From: an uncultured Clostridium sp.
Lineage (GTDB): Bacteria > Bacillota > Clostridia > TANB77 > CAG-508
Assembly: GCA_947570695.1 (NCBI GenBank)
Contig: CANOVB010000005.1
Span: forward strand, 67,487 to 131,486
DNA length: 64,000 nt
Direction of reading: 5' to 3'
Every line of letters starts with the position of its first letter. The stretch's first letter is position 1. Position numbers and translations under genes: made by a program. Under the pieces are notes generated by a model, which was not told where the DNA came from, made no database searches, and worked only from the letters and a program-made list of their open reading frames with translations. Positions 38,599 to 48,486 of this stretch are shown here, one piece after another.

Positions 38599-39882
38599 AT
38601 GATAGATATTAAAATTTTAAGAGAAAATCCAGAAATGGTAAAAGAAAATATAAGAAAAAAATTTCAAGATCATAAATTAGTTTTAGTAGATGAAGTTTTA
38701 GAATTAGATAAAGAAAGCAGAGAGCTAACATTAGTGTGTGATGAGCTTCGTATGAAAAGAAATTCTACTAGTAAAGAAATAGGAAATTTAATGGCAAATG
38801 GGAATAAGGAAGAAGCTGAAAACAAAAAGAAAGAAGTGCAAGAAATTAATGAGAAATTAGAAGCAAATGAGGGCAGAGAAGCAGAATTAAAGGAAGAAAT
38901 AAAATCAAGAATGATGAAAATACCAAATATAATGGATGCATCAGTTCCTATAGGTAAAGATGATAGTGAAAACGTAGAAAATGAAAAATTTGGAGATCCA
39001 GTTGTTCCAGATTATGAAATTCCATATCATGCAGATATAATTGAAAGTTTTAATGGATTGGATAAAGAAAGCGCTGGTAGAACAAGTGGAAATGGATTTT
39101 ATTATTTATTAGGTGATGTAGCAAGACTTCATGAAGCAATGATTGCTTATGCTAGAGATTTTATGATAGATAAAGGATTTACTTATTGTATACCTCCTTT
39201 TATGATTAGAAGTGATGTTGTAAATGGAGTTATGAGCTTTGAAGAATTAGAAGCAATGATGTATAAAATAGAGGGAGAAGATTTATATTTAATTGGAACA
39301 AGTGAACATTCAATGATTGGAAAATTTAAAGGTCAAATTGTAAAAGAAGAAGAATTACCTATTGCTATAACAGGATATTCTCCTTGCTTTAGAAAAGAAG
39401 TTGGATCTCATGGATTAGAAGAGAGAGGCTTGTATAGAGTTCATCAATTTGAAAAACAAGAAATGATTGTTCTTTGTAAACCAGAGGATCAAATGGATTG
39501 GTATAATAAAATGTGGAGTTATACAGTAGAATTTTTTAGAAGTTTAGATGTACCAGTAAGAACTTTAGAATGTTGCAGTGGAGATTTAGCAGACTTAAAA
39601 GTTAAATCTTGTGATGTTGAGGCATGGAGCCCACGTCAAAAGAAGTATTTTGAGGTAGGTAGTTGTTCTACGTTAGGAGATGCACAAGCAAGAAGATTAG
39701 GAATTAGAGCAAAAGGAGATAAAGGAAATTATTTAGTAGCTACTTTAAATAATACTGTAGTAGCAAGTCCAAGAGGTCTAATCGCAGTTTTAGAAAATAA
39801 TTATCAAGCAGATGGAAGCGTATTAGTACCAAAAGCTTTACAAAAATATATGGGTGGAAAAGAAAAAATAATGACCAAATAG
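38599..39882 (+). CDS. serS: seryl-tRNA synthetase
   Basis: N-terminal coiled-coil arm plus class II core (motif-2-like FRKEVGSHGLEERGLYRVHQFEKQE). Full-length SerS similarity. Confidence 0.9.
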   Translation: MIDIKILRENPEMVKENIRKKFQDHKLVLVDEVLELDKESRELTLVCDELRMKRNSTSKEIGNLMANGNKEEAENKKKEVQEINEKLEANEGREAELKEEIKSRMMKIPNIMDASVPIGKDDSENVENEKFGDPVVPDYEIPYHADIIESFNGLDKESAGRTSGNGFYYLLGDVARLHEAMIAYARDFMIDKGFTYCIPPFMIRSDVVNGVMSFEELEAMMYKIEGEDLYLIGTSEHSMIGKFKGQIVKEEELPIAITGYSPCFRKEVGSHGLEERGLYRVHQFEKQEMIVLCKPEDQMDWYNKMWSYTVEFFRSLDVPVRTLECCSGDLADLKVKSCDVEAWSPRQKKYFEVGSCSTLGDAQARRLGIRAKGDKGNYLVATLNNTVVASPRGLIAVLENNYQADGSVLVPKALQKYMGGKEKIMTK

Positions 39883-39897
39883 GGACAAGGAGAAATT

Positions 39898-40488
39898 ATG
39901 ATAGTAAAAAATCCTAGATTTGAAATATCAGCGGTAAGCAAAAAACAATATCCTAATGGAAACTTGCCAGAAATTGTACTTGTTGGTAAATCTAATGTTG
40001 GTAAATCATCTTTTGTAAATACTATGATTAATAGAAAAAAATTAGCAAGAACAAGTAATGTTCCTGGAAAAACTAGGCAAATAAATTTTTATAATATTGA
40101 TGAAAAGTTTTATTTTGTTGATTTGCCTGGATATGGTTTTAGTAAGATGTCTAAAAAAGAGCAGATTATATCTGGTAAATATATTGAAGAGTATTTAGAA
40201 GAAGGAAAAAATATCGCTTTAATAGTATTTCTATTAGATATAAGACATAAACCAACAGAAGATGATATGCTTATGTATGATTATATTTTAAGAAGTAATT
40301 TACCATTTATAGTTGTTACTAATAAAGCAGACAAAATTGCAATAACAAAAGTAGATGGAGAGGTAGAACGAATAAAAGAAGTTTTAGGAATATCATATAG
40401 TACAATATTGCCATTTTCGGCTGAAAGAAAAATATATTCTGATTATGTTTGGAAAGAAATTGAAAAATTTCTTCCAAAATATGAATAA
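39898..40488 (+). CDS. engB: ribosome biogenesis GTPase YsxC/EngB
   Basis: G1 GKSNVGKSS, G3 DLPGYG and overall EngB size (196 aa). Confidence 0.85.
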   Translation: MIVKNPRFEISAVSKKQYPNGNLPEIVLVGKSNVGKSSFVNTMINRKKLARTSNVPGKTRQINFYNIDEKFYFVDLPGYGFSKMSKKEQIISGKYIEEYLEEGKNIALIVFLLDIRHKPTEDDMLMYDYILRSNLPFIVVTNKADKIAITKVDGEVERIKEVLGISYSTILPFSAERKIYSDYVWKEIEKFLPKYE

Positions 40489-40576
40489 AATTTTAAATTA
40501 TGCATAAAATTATATAAAACTTAAAAAGAGTGTTAGCAAAATTTCTAACATTCTTTTTTGTAAATAAGGAGATTTT

Positions 40577-40813
40577 ATGTATAATGAGTATGTTAGAGAA
40601 GTTAAAATAAATGAGAAAAATGATGAAGAAAAAAATGTAGAACTTTTAAATAATATACATGTAGTAAAAAATGCTTTAACTAATATGTATAATAATTTAC
40701 AGTTTGCTGATAGTGACTTAATTGATTATTATACCTATCAGATAAAAGCAGAAGAAGCAAAGTATAATTATTTAATAAAACAAGCCAAAAAAAGAAATCT
40801 AAATATAATTTAG
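40577..40813 (+). CDS. hypothetical small protein
   Basis: RBS AAGGAGATTTT-ATG. 78 aa with no motif. Confidence 0.35.
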   Translation: MYNEYVREVKINEKNDEEKNVELLNNIHVVKNALTNMYNNLQFADSDLIDYYTYQIKAEEAKYNYLIKQAKKRNLNII

Positions 40814-40964
40814 ATTATCAAAATACCGTATAGACAATAATTGTTTTTTGCTTATATATAAGTAAATGTTAAATTCAAGTTACAAATTGATATAAAAAAG
40901 TGATAGCCAAAATTTAAAATATAATAGTATAATAATTATATAAATAAATTTTGGAGAAAATGTT

Positions 40965-41654
40965 ATGAAATTTAATGAAAAAATTTTAGAATTAAGAAAA
41001 GGAAAAGGATATTCACAAGAAGAATTAAGTTTTAAATTAAATGTAGCAAGACAAACTATTTCCAAATGGGAAAGTGGAAGTACAACACCTGATATGGATA
41101 ATCTTATAAAATTATCTAAAATATTTGATATTAGTGTAGATGAACTTATAGGAAAAGAAATTTCAAAAGAAGATAGAACTAATGAAGAATTAGTAAGAAT
41201 AGAATATAGAGACAATGACACATATTATGATATAAATATTACAGATAAAACTTATACAAAAGCAAAATGTGAGTTAGGAAAAGAACTAATTTGCAGTCCG
41301 ACAATATTAAAGATGGAACAAAAACTAGATTATAAATTAAAATTATCAAGTGGGTGGGGAAGATTATTTTTAGCAAGTAATTATTTTTACAAAATATATG
41401 TAAGAGAAATTAATAAAGAACAAAATATTATAGTAGAGCCAAGATATATGGACAGATATAATGATATGCTACAGATAAATGCTTCGTATTTATGTAATTC
41501 AGAACCTCATTTATCTTATTCTATGGACACTTACACATCAGACAATAGATATATTAGAGAAAATTATGATTGGACACAATGGGAAGAAAAGTATGCAAAA
41601 GATTGGCAAATTGAATTACCAGATTTAACTGAATATACTTTAATAGAAAAATAA
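40965..41654 (+). CDS. XRE-family HTH transcriptional regulator with uncharacterised C-terminal domain
   Basis: ILELRKGKGYSQEELSFKLNVARQTISKWESG is a classic Cro/C1 HTH. Confidence 0.7.
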   Translation: MKFNEKILELRKGKGYSQEELSFKLNVARQTISKWESGSTTPDMDNLIKLSKIFDISVDELIGKEISKEDRTNEELVRIEYRDNDTYYDINITDKTYTKAKCELGKELICSPTILKMEQKLDYKLKLSSGWGRLFLASNYFYKIYVREINKEQNIIVEPRYMDRYNDMLQINASYLCNSEPHLSYSMDTYTSDNRYIRENYDWTQWEEKYAKDWQIELPDLTEYTLIEK

Positions 41655-41655
41655 A

Positions 41656-41694
41656 ATAGAGCCCAATTCAAAATGAATTGGGCTCTATTTTTTA
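41656..41694. terminator. bidirectional terminator shared by the XRE gene (+) and glmS (-)
   Basis: ATAGAGCCCAATTC-AAAAT-GAATTGGGCTCTAT flanked by A- and T-runs. Confidence 0.65.
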
Positions 41695-43527
41695 TTCAAC
41701 AGTAACTGATTTTGCTAAATTTCTTGGCTTATCAACATCTAATCCTTTTTCTTTAGAAATATAATATGCTAAAATTTGAAGTGGCACAACTGAAAGAACA
41801 GGAGAGATAAGTATATTAGTTTTTGGTATTCTAATTACTTCATCAAAATCATGATTTAATTCTTGATTTGTAACTATAAAAGTTTTAGCTCCACGAGTTA
41901 CAACTTCTTGAATATTACTAACTGATTTTTCAACTAAAAGCCTATTAGTTAATACAGAAACAACAGTTACTCCATTTTCAATTAAAGCGATTGCACCATG
42001 TTTTAATTCTCCAGAAGGATAAGCTTCTGAATGAATATAAGAAATTTCTTTAAGTTTTAAAGAACCTTCTAATGCAACTGTATGGTCAACTCCTCTACCA
42101 ATAAAAAATACATCTTTTTCTTTATATATTTTCTGAGCAAAAGCTTTTATTTTATCTGTATTTTTCAAAACTTCTTCAAGTTGTGTAGGAAGAAGTAGTA
42201 TGTCTTTTTTTAGTTCTTCTAATTTTTCTTTATTTAAACCTAATTTTTCCGCAAAATTAATTGCAAGTATTGTAAGCAATACAATTTGAGAAGTATAAGC
42301 TTTAGTAGATGCAACAGCTATTTCTGGACCTGCATGTGTATAAAGAGTATAATCTGCTTCTCTTGAAATTGATGATCCTATTACATTTGATATTGCAATA
42401 GTTTTGGAATTATGAGCTTTAGCAAGTTTTAAAGCTGCGATTGTGTCAGCTGTTTCTCCAGATTGAGTTATAAATAAGCATAAAGTTTTCTCATTTATAA
42501 TAGGGTTTCTATATCTAAATTCAGAAGCAGCTTCAACCTCAACTGGAATTTCACATAAACTTTCAAAAGTAGTTTTGCAGGCCATACCAGCATGCATAGC
42601 TGTACCACAAGCTACTATGAATATTTTATTAATTGATTGTAAGAATTTTTTATCTAAATCTATTTCTGGAAGAACAGAAGCAGATTTTTCTGGAAGTCTA
42701 GAACCTATAGTTTCTCTAATTGATTTTGGTTGTTCATTAATTTCTTTTAACATGAAATCAGGATATCCATCTTTTTCAGCGGCTCCAGCATCCCAAGTGA
42801 TATTTTTCAATTCTTTATCTATTTTATTTAAATTTTCATCATAAAATGTTACATTATTTTTATCTATAAATGCAAATTCTTTATCATTTAATAAATAAAA
42901 ATCTTTTGTAAATGATAATATTGCAGGAATATCAGAGCTTATATAACATTCTCCAGTTCCTTTTCCTATAACTAATGGACTATCTTTACGAACTACAACC
43001 ATATTTTTAGGAAAATCTGAACATAAAATTTCTAATGCGTAACTTCCTTTTAACATTTTACAAGCATCTGTAACTGCATGCATAAATCTTTTTTCATTTT
43101 TTTCTTTTGATGATTCATAATAAAAATGTATTAAATTAGGTATAACCTCAGTATCTGTTTCAGATAGAAAATGATATTTATGAGATTTTAAAAATTCTTT
43201 TAAATCGGCATAATTTTCAATAATACCATTATGAACTACAGCAAATTTTTCTGAGTTATCTAAATGAGGGTGAGAATTAGTGCTAGATGGCTTACCATGT
43301 GTTGCCCATCTAGTATGACCAATTCCTAGCGTTCCTTCTAGTTTTTCTATTCCGTCTATTTTTTCAAGTTCACTAACACGACCTTTATTTTTTATATTTC
43401 TAATACCACTATTTTCCATAGTAGCTATTCCAGCAGAGTCATATCCTCTGTATTCTAGTCTTAAAAGACCATTAATTAATATTGGCTTTGCTTTTTTTTC
43501 TCCTATATAACCAACTATTCCACACAT
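41692..43527 (-). CDS. glmS: glutamine--fructose-6-phosphate aminotransferase
   Basis: MCGIVGYIG N-terminal nucleophile, then a glutaminase domain and two SIS domains. 611 aa. Confidence 0.9.
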   Translation of the reverse strand: MCGIVGYIGEKKAKPILINGLLRLEYRGYDSAGIATMENSGIRNIKNKGRVSELEKIDGIEKLEGTLGIGHTRWATHGKPSSTNSHPHLDNSEKFAVVHNGIIENYADLKEFLKSHKYHFLSETDTEVIPNLIHFYYESSKEKNEKRFMHAVTDACKMLKGSYALEILCSDFPKNMVVVRKDSPLVIGKGTGECYISSDIPAILSFTKDFYLLNDKEFAFIDKNNVTFYDENLNKIDKELKNITWDAGAAEKDGYPDFMLKEINEQPKSIRETIGSRLPEKSASVLPEIDLDKKFLQSINKIFIVACGTAMHAGMACKTTFESLCEIPVEVEAASEFRYRNPIINEKTLCLFITQSGETADTIAALKLAKAHNSKTIAISNVIGSSISREADYTLYTHAGPEIAVASTKAYTSQIVLLTILAINFAEKLGLNKEKLEELKKDILLLPTQLEEVLKNTDKIKAFAQKIYKEKDVFFIGRGVDHTVALEGSLKLKEISYIHSEAYPSGELKHGAIALIENGVTVVSVLTNRLLVEKSVSNIQEVVTRGAKTFIVTNQELNHDFDEVIRIPKTNILISPVLSVVPLQILAYYISKEKGLDVDKPRNLAKSVTVE

Positions 43528-43574
43528 AAAAAATCCACCTTTCTAATTAAATTAGGGTATGTTTTTTAAAGGCA

Positions 43575-43795
43575 ATATATTGCCCCTAAACCTAATTTAA
43601 GAATAGGGTGTAAGCTAACTTAATATGATTACTGGTTAAAAATCTGTTATAGTATTGCTACTATTTTTTTTCTTAACCTATGGTAGTAATTACCACTAGA
43701 GCATCCGCCGAATCTTTCGATAACTCTAGACCTCGTCAACTATTTTTAAAATTTATATGTATAAAAATTTTAAAGTAGTCCTGGCGCTAACCTTT
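43575..43795 (-). ncRNA. glmS ribozyme (GlcN6P-responsive self-cleaving riboswitch) in the glmS 5' UTR
   Basis: The minus strand reads ...GTTAGCGCCAGGACT... (cleavage-site/P1 region) and ...TTGACGAGGTCTAGAGTTATCGAAAGATTCGGCGGATGCTCTAG..., matching the conserved GACGAGG and UUCGGCGGAUGC core elements. Confidence 0.75.
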
Positions 43796-44072
43796 GTTTT
43801 AAATAATATACTCCTTTCTAAACTTTTGCTTACAAACTAGAAATTAAAAATTTTTTCTAGTAACCTATTTCTTTTATATAATATTCGAATTTTTTTAAAA
43901 TGTCAATATTATTTTTTGGATGTTAATGAATGTATATATATAAATGCATTCTAAATATTGAGGCTCTAAGAATTAAAATTTAAATAATTCTGGTAAAACA
44001 TTGCTAAAAGGAAATAAATATTCTTTACATGAAAAAGTAATTATAATATAATAGCTATGTATTAAAAATAGA

Positions 44073-44606
44073 TTGGAATTGGTATGTATGGAAGAAAACT
44101 TAAAAGTTATGTATGAGGAAGATGAAATTCAAAAAAGAATTAAAGAAGTAGCTGAAGAGATTGATAGAGATTATGAAGGCAAAGAAGTTGTTGTAGTTTC
44201 AGTCCTTAAAGGAGCAATATTTTTTACTGTTGATTTGGTAAAAAAAATGAAAACTCCAATAGAACTAGAAACAGTACAAATTTCAAGTTATTCTGGAACT
44301 GAAAGTACTGGAAAAATTACTTTAAAAAAAGATTTAGATAGAAGTATAGACTCAAAAGATGTTTTAATAGTTGAAGATATTGTAGACACAGGTCATACTT
44401 TAAAATTCTTAAAAGAATATTTACTTTCTAAAAATCCAAATAGTGTAAAAATAGCTGTTTTTATGGACAAAAAAGAAAGAAGACAAGTAGATATTGATAT
44501 AGATTATACAGGATTTGTAATTCCAAATAAATTTGTTGTTGGTTATGGATTTGACGTAGATGAAAAAGGAAGAAATATTCCTTATGTAGGCTATATAGAT
44601 AATTAA
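44073..44606 (+). CDS. hpt: hypoxanthine-guanine phosphoribosyltransferase
   Basis: PRPP-binding motif LIVEDIVDTGHTL. Size ~175 aa. Start is uncertain (TTG 44073 or ATG 44088). Confidence 0.85.
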   Translation: MELVCMEENLKVMYEEDEIQKRIKEVAEEIDRDYEGKEVVVVSVLKGAIFFTVDLVKKMKTPIELETVQISSYSGTESTGKITLKKDLDRSIDSKDVLIVEDIVDTGHTLKFLKEYLLSKNPNSVKIAVFMDKKERRQVDIDIDYTGFVIPNKFVVGYGFDVDEKGRNIPYVGYIDN

Positions 44607-44627
44607 ACAAGAAATCAAGGTGAGAAA

Positions 44628-46415
44628 ATGTTTGATATTGAAGAAGAATTAAAAAAGCTTCCAGATAAACCAGGTGTTTATTTAATGCACGATAAAGAAG
44701 ATACTGTTATATACGTGGGAAAAGCTGTTGTTTTAAAAAATAGAGTTAGACAGTATTTTAGAAAAAATAATAAAACACCAAGAATAGAAAAAATGGTTTC
44801 TTTAATAGATCATTTTGAATATATTGTTGTTGGTAGTGAAGATGAAGCTTTAATTTTAGAATGTAATTTGATAAAAAAGTACAGACCAAAATTTAATGTA
44901 TTACTTAAAGACGATAAAACATATCCATATATAAAAATAGATATGAAATCAGATTATCCAAGTGTTTTTATAACTAGAAGGATACAAAACGATGGGGCTA
45001 AATATTTTGGTCCTTATGCAAATGCAGGTGCAGCAAAAGAAATGGTTAATTTTATAAAAGAGAAATTCCAAATAAGACAATGTAAAAATTTTAAAAATCA
45101 AGATAGAGCTTGTTTAAATTACCATATAAAAAAATGTTTAGCACCATGTATGGGATATGTTTCAAAAGAAGAATATAGAAATCAAATTAATCAGATTGCA
45201 TTACTCCTTGATGGAAAAATTGATACTATAATTAAAAATTTACAAGTTGAAATGAATGAAGCATCAAAAAAATTAGAATTTGAAAAAGCAGCTACTATTC
45301 GAGATAGAATTATGGCAATAGAAAGGGTATCTGAAAAACAAAAAGTATCAAATATTTCTGAAAATAATATTGATGTAATTGGATTATTTAAAAACGAAGT
45401 TACAGTATGCATAGAAATGTTTTTTATTAGAAATAGTAAAATGATAGGCAGAGAGCACTATTTTTTTGATGAACTTAAAGATATGGAAGAAAGTGAAATT
45501 GTATCAGGTTTTATAAAACAGTATTATATGGATAAAAAAGATTTTCCAAGTAAGATCATGCTTAGATATAATTTAGAAGAAAAAGAAGTCTTAGAAAATT
45601 GGCTTTCAAATAAGGGAAATAGGAAAGTTGAACTTAAAAGTCCACAAAAAGGTGAAAAATTACGCTTTGTTGAAATGGCAGAATTAAATAGTAGAATTAC
45701 ATTAGAAAATAAAGTAAAAGATAAAACAGATATTTTAATTGAATTAAGAGATGTATTAGATTTAGATTATTTGCCATATAAAATTGAGAGTTTTGATATA
45801 TCAAATATTTCTGGCAATTTTATTGTTGCAGGAATGTGTGTTGCACAAAATGGAGTAATAAAAAGAAATTTATCAAGAAGGTTTAAAATAAAAACTGTTT
45901 TTGGACAAGATGATCCTAGATGTATGCAAGAAGTAGTAACAAGAAGATTAAAACATTCAGTAGGAGAAAATCAAGATGAAGGGTTTGGAAGTTTACCTGA
46001 TTTAATTTTGGCGGATGGCGGTATTACTCAAATTAGAGCAATAAAAAATGCTATGGATGAGGTAGGAGTTAATCTTCCAGTTTATGGAATGGTAAAAGAT
46101 GATAAACATTCTACGAGAGCTTTAATTGATGAAGATAAAACTGAATATAAAATTTCTGAAAATTTATTTAACTTTATTACAAATTTGCAAGATGAGGTTC
46201 ATAAAACGGCTATTGAATATCATAGAAAAGTACGTGACAAAGAAATGACAAAATCAAAGCTAGACTATATTGAAGGAATAGGTGAAAAGAAAAGAACAGA
46301 ATTATTAAAAAAATTTGGTAGTGTTAAAAAAATTAAAGAAGCGTCTATAGAAGAAATTTCTAGCATTAAAGGAATAAATAAAGCTTTAGCAGAGAAAATC
46401 AAAAAGGAATTGTAA
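44628..46415 (+). CDS. uvrC: excinuclease ABC subunit C
   Basis: N-terminal GIY-YIG (PGVYLMHDKEDTVIYVGKA), UvrBC-interaction region and C-terminal endonuclease/HhH. 595 aa. Confidence 0.9.
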   Translation: MFDIEEELKKLPDKPGVYLMHDKEDTVIYVGKAVVLKNRVRQYFRKNNKTPRIEKMVSLIDHFEYIVVGSEDEALILECNLIKKYRPKFNVLLKDDKTYPYIKIDMKSDYPSVFITRRIQNDGAKYFGPYANAGAAKEMVNFIKEKFQIRQCKNFKNQDRACLNYHIKKCLAPCMGYVSKEEYRNQINQIALLLDGKIDTIIKNLQVEMNEASKKLEFEKAATIRDRIMAIERVSEKQKVSNISENNIDVIGLFKNEVTVCIEMFFIRNSKMIGREHYFFDELKDMEESEIVSGFIKQYYMDKKDFPSKIMLRYNLEEKEVLENWLSNKGNRKVELKSPQKGEKLRFVEMAELNSRITLENKVKDKTDILIELRDVLDLDYLPYKIESFDISNISGNFIVAGMCVAQNGVIKRNLSRRFKIKTVFGQDDPRCMQEVVTRRLKHSVGENQDEGFGSLPDLILADGGITQIRAIKNAMDEVGVNLPVYGMVKDDKHSTRALIDEDKTEYKISENLFNFITNLQDEVHKTAIEYHRKVRDKEMTKSKLDYIEGIGEKKRTELLKKFGSVKKIKEASIEEISSIKGINKALAEKIKKEL

Positions 46416-46542
46416 TTTCTTATAAACATAAAAAATATTTTATAAATTTTATAAAAAATAGTAATAAAAATAAATTCTTTGAATATATATTATAATAACT
46501 AGTTTTTAGTTAAAATTTAATTTTACGAAAGAAGGTATTTTT

Positions 46543-46647
46543 ATGAAGAAAATTTGGTTAGGGATATTATTAATTAGTACAAGCTTAAGTTTTATTATTT
46601 TAGGATATTTATTATATAATTTTGTAGCAACATTACAGATTTTATAA
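46543..46647 (+). CDS. possible small hydrophobic membrane peptide (34 aa)
   Basis: RBS GAAAGAAGG. MKKIWLGILLISTSLSFIILGYLLYNFVATLQIL forms a single TM helix. Confidence 0.3.
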   Translation: MKKIWLGILLISTSLSFIILGYLLYNFVATLQIL

Positions 46648-46722
46648 AACAGTTTCAAACTTGCTATTTATAAGAAAAAAGTGGTATAATAAATACGTTA
46701 AAAAATTAAAGGATTAGAAAAT

Positions 46723-47586
46723 ATGGAAATAGCAAGTAATTGGAAAGATTATGAAATTTTAGATATGTCTGATGGTGAAAAGCTTGAAAAATGGAATAAT
46801 ATTATTTTAATAAGGCCAGATCCTCAGATAATTTGGAAAGAAAAAACTTTCCCTGAAAAATGGAAAAGTGCTGATGCTAGATATAGCAGAAGTAATACTG
46901 GTGGTGGAGCTTGGCAATATCATAAGAATTTGCCAAAAGCTTGGCAAGTTCATTATAAAGATTTAACTTTTAATATAAAACCAATGGGGTTTAAACACAC
47001 AGGTCTTTTCCCAGAACAGGCAGTTAATTGGGATTGGATGATAAATAAAATAAAAACAGATGGTAGAAAAGATATAAAAGTATTAAATCTTTTTGCATAT
47101 ACAGGAGGAGCAACAGTAGCTTGTAGCTATGCTGGTGCTTCTGTTTGTCATGTTGATAGTTCAAAAGGTATGGTATCATGGGCAAAAGAAAATATTGCAT
47201 CATCAGGACTTAGTGACAGACCAGTTAGATTTATAATTGATGATGTTACAAAGTTTGTTAATAGAGAAATAAGAAGAGGAAATAAATATGATGCAATAAT
47301 AATGGATCCGCCTTCTTATGGAAGAGGAAAAAATGGAGAAGTATGGCAATTTGAAAACAATATATCTGATTTAGTAGAATTATGTGCAAATGTTTTATCA
47401 AATGAACCATTATTCTTTTTGATAAATTCTTATACAACAGGGATTTCATCAAAAGTTTTAGAAAATATTTTAAGTTTAAAATTAAAAATGAAAAACGGTA
47501 AATTATCATCAGGAGAAATTGGTTTACCTATGAAAAATTCAAAATTAGTGCTTCCATGTGGAATATATGGAAGATGGGAGAGATGA
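46723..47586 (+). CDS. class I SAM-dependent RNA methyltransferase (RlmI/YccW-like family, no PUA domain)
   Basis: Rossmann motif I LNLFAYTGGATVA and motif IV MDPPSYG. Confidence 0.55.
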   Translation: MEIASNWKDYEILDMSDGEKLEKWNNIILIRPDPQIIWKEKTFPEKWKSADARYSRSNTGGGAWQYHKNLPKAWQVHYKDLTFNIKPMGFKHTGLFPEQAVNWDWMINKIKTDGRKDIKVLNLFAYTGGATVACSYAGASVCHVDSSKGMVSWAKENIASSGLSDRPVRFIIDDVTKFVNREIRRGNKYDAIIMDPPSYGRGKNGEVWQFENNISDLVELCANVLSNEPLFFLINSYTTGISSKVLENILSLKLKMKNGKLSSGEIGLPMKNSKLVLPCGIYGRWER

Positions 47587-47646
47587 CCCTTAGGGGACGT
47601 TTGTTAATGGACATTTTTGTCCATTAACAAACGTCCCCTAAGGGTC
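47585..47646. mobile_element. second copy of the palindromic MITE-like element (compact form)
   Basis: GACCCTTAGGGGACGTTTGTTAATGGACATTTTTGTCCATTAACAAACGTCCCCTAAGGGTC shares the GGGGACGTTTGTTAATGGACATTTTTGTCC core with 18476-18506. It overlaps the stop codon of the methyltransferase gene. Confidence 0.6.
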
Positions 47647-47659
47647 AAAAGGAGATATA

Positions 47660-48337
47660 ATGAAAGATTTAAAAGTACTATATGAAGATAATCATATAAT
47701 AGTGGTAGAGAAACCTGTGAATATTCCATCACAAGGGGATAAAACTGGTGATGAAGATATGCTTTCTATTATAAAAAAATATTTGAAAGAAAAATATAAT
47801 AAACCAGGAGAAGTGTATTTAGGTCTAGTTCATAGATTAGACAGACCAACAGGTGGTGTAATGGTTTTTGCAAGAACCTCAAAAGCCGCTTCCAGACTTA
47901 GTGAGCAAATAAGAGAAAAACAAATGCATAAAAAGTATTTGTGTATAGTTGATGGGAAAATGGAAAATACAAAAGGAAGTATGAAAGATTTTCTTTTGAA
48001 AAATGAAAAAACAAATACAAGTAAAGTTGTTAAAGAAGGAACTAAAAATGCAAAAGAAGCAATTTTAGATTATGAAGTAGTAAAATATAATGAAGAAATA
48101 AATATGTCAGTTGTAAAGGTTGATTTACATACAGGAAGGCATCATCAAATAAGAGTTCAATTTTCATCAAGAGGTCATAGTTTATCTGGAGATCAAAAAT
48201 ATGGAACAAGGGGGCGAGGAAAAGGACTTGCTCTTTGGGCATATAGTTTAAGCTTTTTACATCCAATAACAAAGGAAAGAATAGAATTTGAAGATTATCC
48301 AGAAGTTACAGGAAGCTGGAAAATTTTAGAAAGTTAA
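47660..48337 (+). CDS. RluA-family pseudouridine synthase
   Basis: Catalytic motif HRLDRPTGGVMVFART. Confidence 0.8.
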   Translation: MKDLKVLYEDNHIIVVEKPVNIPSQGDKTGDEDMLSIIKKYLKEKYNKPGEVYLGLVHRLDRPTGGVMVFARTSKAASRLSEQIREKQMHKKYLCIVDGKMENTKGSMKDFLLKNEKTNTSKVVKEGTKNAKEAILDYEVVKYNEEINMSVVKVDLHTGRHHQIRVQFSSRGHSLSGDQKYGTRGRGKGLALWAYSLSFLHPITKERIEFEDYPEVTGSWKILES

Positions 48338-48486
48338 AGTACATAATAGAAAGTGCTTTGCACCAATGTAAAATAAAGTTTTAGTGATAATGAAAGTTTA
48401 GAAAAAGTTATTAATTTATTAAAGGTATATTTTTTAAAAATTAGAATACCCTTTACTAAATAAATTTTAGTGGAGGGGATTTTTTT

